From the IMG/VR virus record IMGVR_UViG_3300035675_000006: a stretch of 20,000 bases of DNA. One strand, given 5' to 3'. This stretch comes from an uncultured virus (IMG/VR IMGVR_UViG_3300035675_000006). Its lineage: Duplodnaviria > Heunggongvirae > Uroviricota > Caudoviricetes. The first letter of the stretch is position 1. Each line of letters begins with the position of its first letter. The notes beneath the pieces were generated by a model. That model searched no databases. It had not been told where the DNA came from and worked only from the letters and a program-made list of their open reading frames with translations. Of this stretch, positions 15,390 to 20,000 are shown piece after piece. The position numbers were made by a program, and so were the translations under genes.

Positions 15390-16066
15390 GCCGGTCACGT
15401 CACAGAGGGCTATACTAGTTCCCCTCAGACCTGTACAGGCAGTGACGTGACCGGTTTTGTTTTCATCGGGGAGATTCCTGCCGGAGCAGGAGTTTCCCAG
15501 TGCTTTCTACGGACCGGTCCCCGGATAACGGGACCAGAGATAGGAGAACGCACTTGGAAATACTGCTTGCTCTCGGAGCGATTTTTCTGTTCGGGTTGAT
15601 TTTTGCCGCGATCGCAGAAGCTCTCGAGAAACGTCCGGTCCGGAAGACGGTCACGATTCAGTACCATTAGTCCGTGAAATGCCGGTCACGTCATAGCTTG
15701 GAAGGTCAACGTCTTCTTTGTGATGTTGAAATCAGAGTGCTAGGTACTTGACGCCGACCACACTGGTTTCAGCAGTGACGTGACCGGTTAAGAAAAAAGC
15801 GTGCAGCAGCAGTACTAAACAGAACGACACAGCGTCTGAATATGCTCCTGAGAGCTAGCACTCGGGTTCTGCCCGACGCTTGAGTGTCTGTCCCGGGCTG
15901 TTGCTGCACGTGATTTAACAGGAGTTCTCCGCGCCGTGGATATAGGACACGGGGCCACTCACTGCCTGAGTGCGTTCCTCCTGCAGTGCATGAGGTGATT
16001 GGCAGCCCTCATGCGCAAATCGCAGTAGCTGGCCTGTTTGCCAGCCGGAGAACTTCTGCTTTTTTT
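15390..16066 (+). ncRNA. Cluster of multibranched structured RNA elements including CCGGTCACG-family copies 2 and 3
   Basis: Closing stems 15390-15403/15442-15455, 15681-15694/15775-15788, 15799-15812/15898-15911 and 15919-15931/16046-16058, each with internal hairpins and G-U pairs. Confidence 0.65.
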
Positions 16067-16082
16067 CAAGAAAGGCGGTTTC

Positions 16083-16313
16083 ATGACAGAGCAGGAAAAA
16101 CTCAAGCACTGTTCAGGGTGCCGGAACGATTTTTACAACGACAAGAACCCGATGGGAATAAAGCGCTGCTGGAGCCTGGACACGGCTGAACTTGTTCTGA
16201 AAAAAGAAGTAAGCATGTCGCAGGTTCCGCCATGGACTCAGAAGCCCAAGCAGGTTCTCAGCTGCTACCACCGGGACGGATTTATCTATGTCCCACCTGA
16301 AAAGGAGAGATAG
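16083..16313 (+). CDS. Small Cys-containing hypothetical protein (CSGCRNDFYN...CWSL)
   Basis: ATG 16083 follows GAAAGG. Confidence 0.75.
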   Translation: MTEQEKLKHCSGCRNDFYNDKNPMGIKRCWSLDTAELVLKKEVSMSQVPPWTQKPKQVLSCYHRDGFIYVPPEKER

Positions 16314-16314
16314 C

Positions 16315-16467
16315 GTGTCCGAACAGTTTTGGACCCAGGTACTTGACGTGGTCAAGTACGCGCTGGGAGGCCTTGGGATAATACTTTTCTTTCAGGGCTG
16401 GCCCAGGTTTTACAAGAAGTGCCAGTGCGACAAGTGTCAGAACTTCAAGAAAGAGGAGGAAGACTGA
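16315..16467 (+). CDS. Putative 50-aa membrane protein with CxCxxC tail
   Basis: Manual translation MSEQFWTQVLDVVKYALGGLGIILFFQGWPRFYKKCQCDKCQNFKKEEED; AAGGAG SD; TGATG overlap with the next gene. Confidence 0.65.
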   Translation: MSEQFWTQVLDVVKYALGGLGIILFFQGWPRFYKKCQCDKCQNFKKEEED

Positions 16468-17105
16468 TGGCGAAGCTCGTTACCCTTATTGAGTGCGAAA
16501 TCCGTGTCGGACGAGGCGTTGACGGTGATCCGATACGGCCAGTCACTCAATATTGGACTCTTGATGGCCAGTTGGTCTTCGAGAAAGACGACTGGGAAGC
16601 CAGCAAGTCCAAGAAGAAACCTGAGTTTGGCATCGATTACCGGGAAGAGATCGCCCGGTTTCGCAAAGAAGAAGCTCTTAAAAAAGATCTTCCTTCTGTG
16701 ACTCTTGAAAAGTTTCTTGGTCCGGACCTGAAGTGCAAAACCGACCCGGTCTTAGAAGCCCGTAAGCAAATCCTGGACGACCAGGCCCGTGCGAATCAGC
16801 ACATGAAGAATGTCCAGGTCATGCTCAAGTCTGACCCGGACATTAACACGCTCTGTCAGGAAAAGAGCCGGATTCATCTGGAAGCCTGCCGGTTCAATGA
16901 CCTGCGCGTGAAAGAATCCGACAAAGAGCGCAGTTCGAGCGCCAAGACCAGGGCATTCAACAGGTACAACACCGAGATCGGCGAGCTGTCTCAGAAAGAA
17001 TACCTGATTCACCGGAAGATTCAGGAACTGCAGCGCACCAAGGTTCTTGAATACTGCGTCAAGCATGGGCTTGATGCTGGCCTGTTCAATTTCCTGATTG
17101 GTTAG
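16467..17105 (+). CDS. Hypothetical protein, 212 aa, helical C-terminal half
   Basis: ATG 16467 follows GAGGAGG. Confidence 0.8.
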   Translation: MAKLVTLIECEIRVGRGVDGDPIRPVTQYWTLDGQLVFEKDDWEASKSKKKPEFGIDYREEIARFRKEEALKKDLPSVTLEKFLGPDLKCKTDPVLEARKQILDDQARANQHMKNVQVMLKSDPDINTLCQEKSRIHLEACRFNDLRVKESDKERSSSAKTRAFNRYNTEIGELSQKEYLIHRKIQELQRTKVLEYCVKHGLDAGLFNFLIG

Positions 17106-17185
17106 TGCTTTGGAGGGGGATGACTGCAAGAACTGAGTCGTGTGGCTCGGTTAAGAATTACTGTTTTACCAGGAGAAGCAAGCAC

Positions 17186-17836
17186 ATGAGTAATGATCTT
17201 GTCAAACCGGAACAGTTCTCAGTCGTGAAAGTCGATGCGCAAGTGTCCATGGATGATGTCTTGGACAGCAAAGTGTGGGAGTATGAGAAAAAACTCATGT
17301 CTCTCACGGAAGAAGTCGGCAAGGACAACGTGGCGCTCAAGAAGCAGATTCTGGACCTGCAGAACCTGCTCGAGAAGTCGTACAAGAACACTGATTTCGC
17401 CGAACTCAAGGCCAAAGCCCGGAAAGTGCTGGTCGCGATCGTGAAGTTTACCGAGCGCGACATGAAAGAGTTCGACATCGAGAGCCGCGGTGAGTTCATC
17501 GAGAGCGAAACCCGGCCTGCTGCAGTCAAGCAGATGGTCACTGTGATCACCAAGGACGGCCACAGGTATGTGAGCAAGTCACGGATGCGTGAGCTGACGC
17601 CTGCCGAAGTCAAGTGGACGCAGGATATCAAGCGCATCTCCGAGGATATCTGCGTGAACAACCAGTACCTGGCCCAGCTCGAGAAGGCCGGAGCCAAAGT
17701 GCCGCTGATCCGGCGTGAACTCAAGAACCGGGTAGTCAGGCAAAAACTCGAAGCTGCCGGCCAGACCAAACTGCTGGACAGCATCGACAGCTTCGAGATT
17801 CCGATCATGCCCAAACAAGTTCGGGCAAAGAAATAA
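17186..17836 (+). CDS. Coiled-coil hypothetical protein, 216 aa
   Basis: ATG 17186 follows CAGGAG; K/E-rich heptads. Confidence 0.8.
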   Translation: MSNDLVKPEQFSVVKVDAQVSMDDVLDSKVWEYEKKLMSLTEEVGKDNVALKKQILDLQNLLEKSYKNTDFAELKAKARKVLVAIVKFTERDMKEFDIESRGEFIESETRPAAVKQMVTVITKDGHRYVSKSRMRELTPAEVKWTQDIKRISEDICVNNQYLAQLEKAGAKVPLIRRELKNRVVRQKLEAAGQTKLLDSIDSFEIPIMPKQVRAKK

Positions 17837-17852
17837 TCTTCAAGCAACCAGC

Positions 17853-17886
17853 AAGCTACTATCCCCTGATCCGGGATAGTAGCTTT
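17853..17886 (+). terminator. Intergenic hairpin (terminator or processing site)
   Basis: Perfect 13-bp stem aagctactatccc/gggatagtagctt with a short T tail. Confidence 0.55.
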
Positions 17887-17901
17887 AACAGGAGATTAAG
17901 C

Positions 17902-18909
17902 ATGTCCGTCGACAAACAAGCTCTAAAAGAAGTCCTGGATCTGGCGAAATCAGCCGAGAAGCTTTCCCCAAGTGAAGAGATTAAACCAGCTGTACCTGTT
18001 GGCCTTGATGACAACCTGAAAGATCTGCCCAAGTACCTGCAGCCTGCTTATGCAGAGCACAAGAAACTGGTACAGAATGCCATCGCGTTTATTTGTGATA
18101 CGCCGAGCCATTGTGAGCTCAGGGAGTATTACCCGATATGCCAGGTGCTTTCCAAAGAAGACAAGCGAAATAATGACGATACTCGTGAGGGGATATACAA
18201 AATTTCTCTGGATGATCCGAAAGTGACGGCTCTGAATTTTCGTGACATGCTTGAGCATCTGATAGCGTCTCATCCGGCCAAGCACCCTGAATGCGTTCGG
18301 GTGACTGTCGATCGGGAGGGTCATTGGCATCGCCCTACGATCCAAGTCTGGACTACGGACGTTTATCCCGGGACTGACAAGACCATGGCCCGCGGCATAG
18401 TTCTGCTGCACAAGAAGCTCCGTGTTTTGGATCCTGGAGTGTACCAGTATCTGGGCAATTCAGGAGAAATCGGTATCGAACGGAACTTCAGCAATCTTTT
18501 CGTATGCCGGAGCAAGAAAGTGCCTACTTCCGAAGAGCGTGAGAAAGAACTGAAAAAGTCCAGGATTCTCAAAGGTCAATTATCTGCTGACAGTGTCCGG
18601 AACATGCTGCATTGCATTGTCAGGACTTTGCACTGCAAGTTCGCGAAGTATGGCTTTTATGTGAACAGGCCCATGAACTCGTGCAAGCATTTCGCGGAAT
18701 ATACCGCGTTCCTGATAGAGGCTTACCCTCTATACGTTGAGATCATTCCGTACAAGGAGCGTGTTACATTCCATAACATGCTTTTGGATACGGCGCCGTA
18801 CATCCCTGGTCTTCGAAAACACGGTGGGCGGGGCAGAAAAGAATTGGCCGATTTCCTGGCCAAGACTCTACGGAAGGAGAAGTTGCATGGCTGTAAGCTC
18901 GGTAGGTGA
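17902..18909 (+). CDS. Hypothetical protein, 335 aa
   Basis: CAGGAG SD; long ORF. Confidence 0.85.
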   Translation: MSVDKQALKEVLDLAKSAEKLSPSEEIKPAVPVGLDDNLKDLPKYLQPAYAEHKKLVQNAIAFICDTPSHCELREYYPICQVLSKEDKRNNDDTREGIYKISLDDPKVTALNFRDMLEHLIASHPAKHPECVRVTVDREGHWHRPTIQVWTTDVYPGTDKTMARGIVLLHKKLRVLDPGVYQYLGNSGEIGIERNFSNLFVCRSKKVPTSEEREKELKKSRILKGQLSADSVRNMLHCIVRTLHCKFAKYGFYVNRPMNSCKHFAEYTAFLIEAYPLYVEIIPYKERVTFHNMLLDTAPYIPGLRKHGGRGRKELADFLAKTLRKEKLHGCKLGR

Positions 18910-19120
18910 CGGACTTGACTGGGCTTTCACGGATCATCGAAGTTCTGACTCACAGATAAAAGACATGCTCCCGACGGGTCCCATACGTGGATCCGACCCG
19001 AGCACGGACTGTGTCTGTCTGTATCTTCCGGGTAACCAGGTGGTTTGGTTAAGTCCGGAAGCAGCTCGCATCACGGGCCAGCGTTTAATTCAAGAAGCAG
19101 ACAGACTAAGACATGCTTGA
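18887..19120 (+). CDS. Hypothetical protein, 77 aa
   Basis: ATG 18887 follows AAGGAG. Confidence 0.65.
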   Translation: MAVSSVGDGLDWAFTDHRSSDSQIKDMLPTGPIRGSDPSTDCVCLYLPGNQVVWLSPEAARITGQRLIQEADRLRHA

Positions 19121-19126
19121 TATAAT
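19118..19126 (+). promoter_or_regulatory. Extended -10 promoter candidate (TGnTATAAT)
   Basis: tgatataat, followed by the inverted repeat catgtcgaaa/tttcgacatg at 19138-19170. Confidence 0.4.
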
Positions 19127-19196
19127 TACTGCCTTCACATGTCGAAAGATTTTTCCCGGTTTTCGACATGATAGTCCATTTTGGAGGCAGTTAACC

Positions 19197-19553
19197 ATGG
19201 ATGCGATGCTTGCCCTCATAATAATTAGCCTTGCGAATGCCGGTGCACTGTTATTTGTTCTCGTCTTCTCGGCTGCACACGAGAAAAATAACGTGGCTTT
19301 GCACGACTTGCTCGCTAGGGTGATGAACCTGTGCGACATGTACCGTGAAGAGCTGGCTTGGATTCATAAGGAGGATCGTAAGAATGCAGTTTCCGGGTCT
19401 CAGATGGGAACCACCGACCGAGTCGACCAACCCGGTACGGTGGAAAAGATTCAAGGTCCTGGAGATCGCCCAGGGCCTGATGCAGGCTGCGCTCTCGGGA
19501 GGTCAGGCGATGACTCCTCAGGATGCAGTCAAGCTTGCCGCGGGCCTGTATGA
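19197..19553 (+). CDS. Putative membrane-anchored protein
   Basis: ATG 19197 follows GGAGG; N-terminal hydrophobic helix; 3' half overlaps the next gene. Confidence 0.55.
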   Translation: MDAMLALIIISLANAGALLFVLVFSAAHEKNNVALHDLLARVMNLCDMYREELAWIHKEDRKNAVSGSQMGTTDRVDQPGTVEKIQGPGDRPGPDAGCALGRSGDDSSGCSQACRGPV

Positions 19554-19815
19554 CAGCGCCCGTGAAACTTACACTGCTGCCGAGAAGCAGTGGGAGTTGC
19601 GTATGGCTGAGCTCGAGAAGAAGCGCAAGGAGCGCTTGGAGAAGCTCGAGGCTGAGCGCCAGAGGCTCTACAAGGAAATGGGCCGCTCTGACGGTCTGAG
19701 CAGCCTGGCGTACAGCGCCTGCAGTAACTCGGCAAGCGCCCAGAACGTCAACCAGGCATTCGACGAGGCCGAGCAGAAGCTTGCTGACCTGGCCGAGAAG
19801 GATGCCGGGACGTGA
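19384..19815 (+). CDS. Coiled-coil hypothetical protein, 143 aa
   Basis: ATG 19384 follows AAGGAGG. Confidence 0.75.
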   Translation: MQFPGLRWEPPTESTNPVRWKRFKVLEIAQGLMQAALSGGQAMTPQDAVKLAAGLYDSARETYTAAEKQWELRMAELEKKRKERLEKLEAERQRLYKEMGRSDGLSSLAYSACSNSASAQNVNQAFDEAEQKLADLAEKDAGT

Positions 19816-20000
19816 TTTGCCTGCCTTGATAGGCGGGCCGTTTCAGGAAGGAGGACGTAGGATGGCGCAGAGCATCTGTGGTAGCCGGTTGACTCGCAGG
19901 CAGAAGAAAGCGGTGAGTGCCGGCGCAGGTGCACTGGTTGGTGCCGGATTGGCCACGGCTGTGGGCCGGGCGGGGCTAGTTGCGCCCGGGGCGTGCGTGG

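Noticed and set aside
15919..16058. tRNA/tmRNA
   Set aside because: Too long for a tRNA, with no T-loop GTTCRA or 3' CCA, and no tag ORF.
17158..17847. 229-aa minus-strand ORF (and other minus-strand ORFs)
   Set aside because: They are antisense shadows of codon-biased + strand genes, with Ser/Leu/Phe-rich composition and no SD.
19197..19815. Overlapping i-spanin/o-spanin pair
   Set aside because: The second ORF lacks a lipoprotein signal/lipobox, and no endolysin or holin is adjacent.

Overview
All credible genes lie on the + strand, are short, tightly overlapping and SD-led (AGGAG). No housekeeping, tRNA, CRISPR, integrase or virion hallmark gene is recognisable. The layout best fits the accessory/early region of a large phage (inference). 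There are three zones. (1) 1-9551 is a translationally coupled tandem array of about 32 divergent paralogous small Cys-rich proteins (about 65-100 aa). They have hypervariable N-terminal parts but share a C-terminal C-x(n)-[D/E]-h-h-x-h-[A/L]-E-h-h-x-[N/T] helix motif (e.g. DLIELAEFLxN). A few unrelated genes are interspersed, including a type IV prepilin-like protein and two Zn ribbons. (2) 9571-12292 holds a hypothetical gene, an HTH protein and a ~1.3 kb non-coding, origin/terminus-like region. That region has an AT-rich core and G(T/A)CAGG repeats phased at 11 bp, which also occur twice inside the array. (3) 12293-20000 holds hypothetical genes whose intergenic spaces are filled with multi-branched structured RNA-like elements, three of which share the closing stem CCGGTCACG...CGTGACCGG. 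The best candidates for novel biology are the paralog array and the structured-RNA clusters. All structures and alignments were read by eye.
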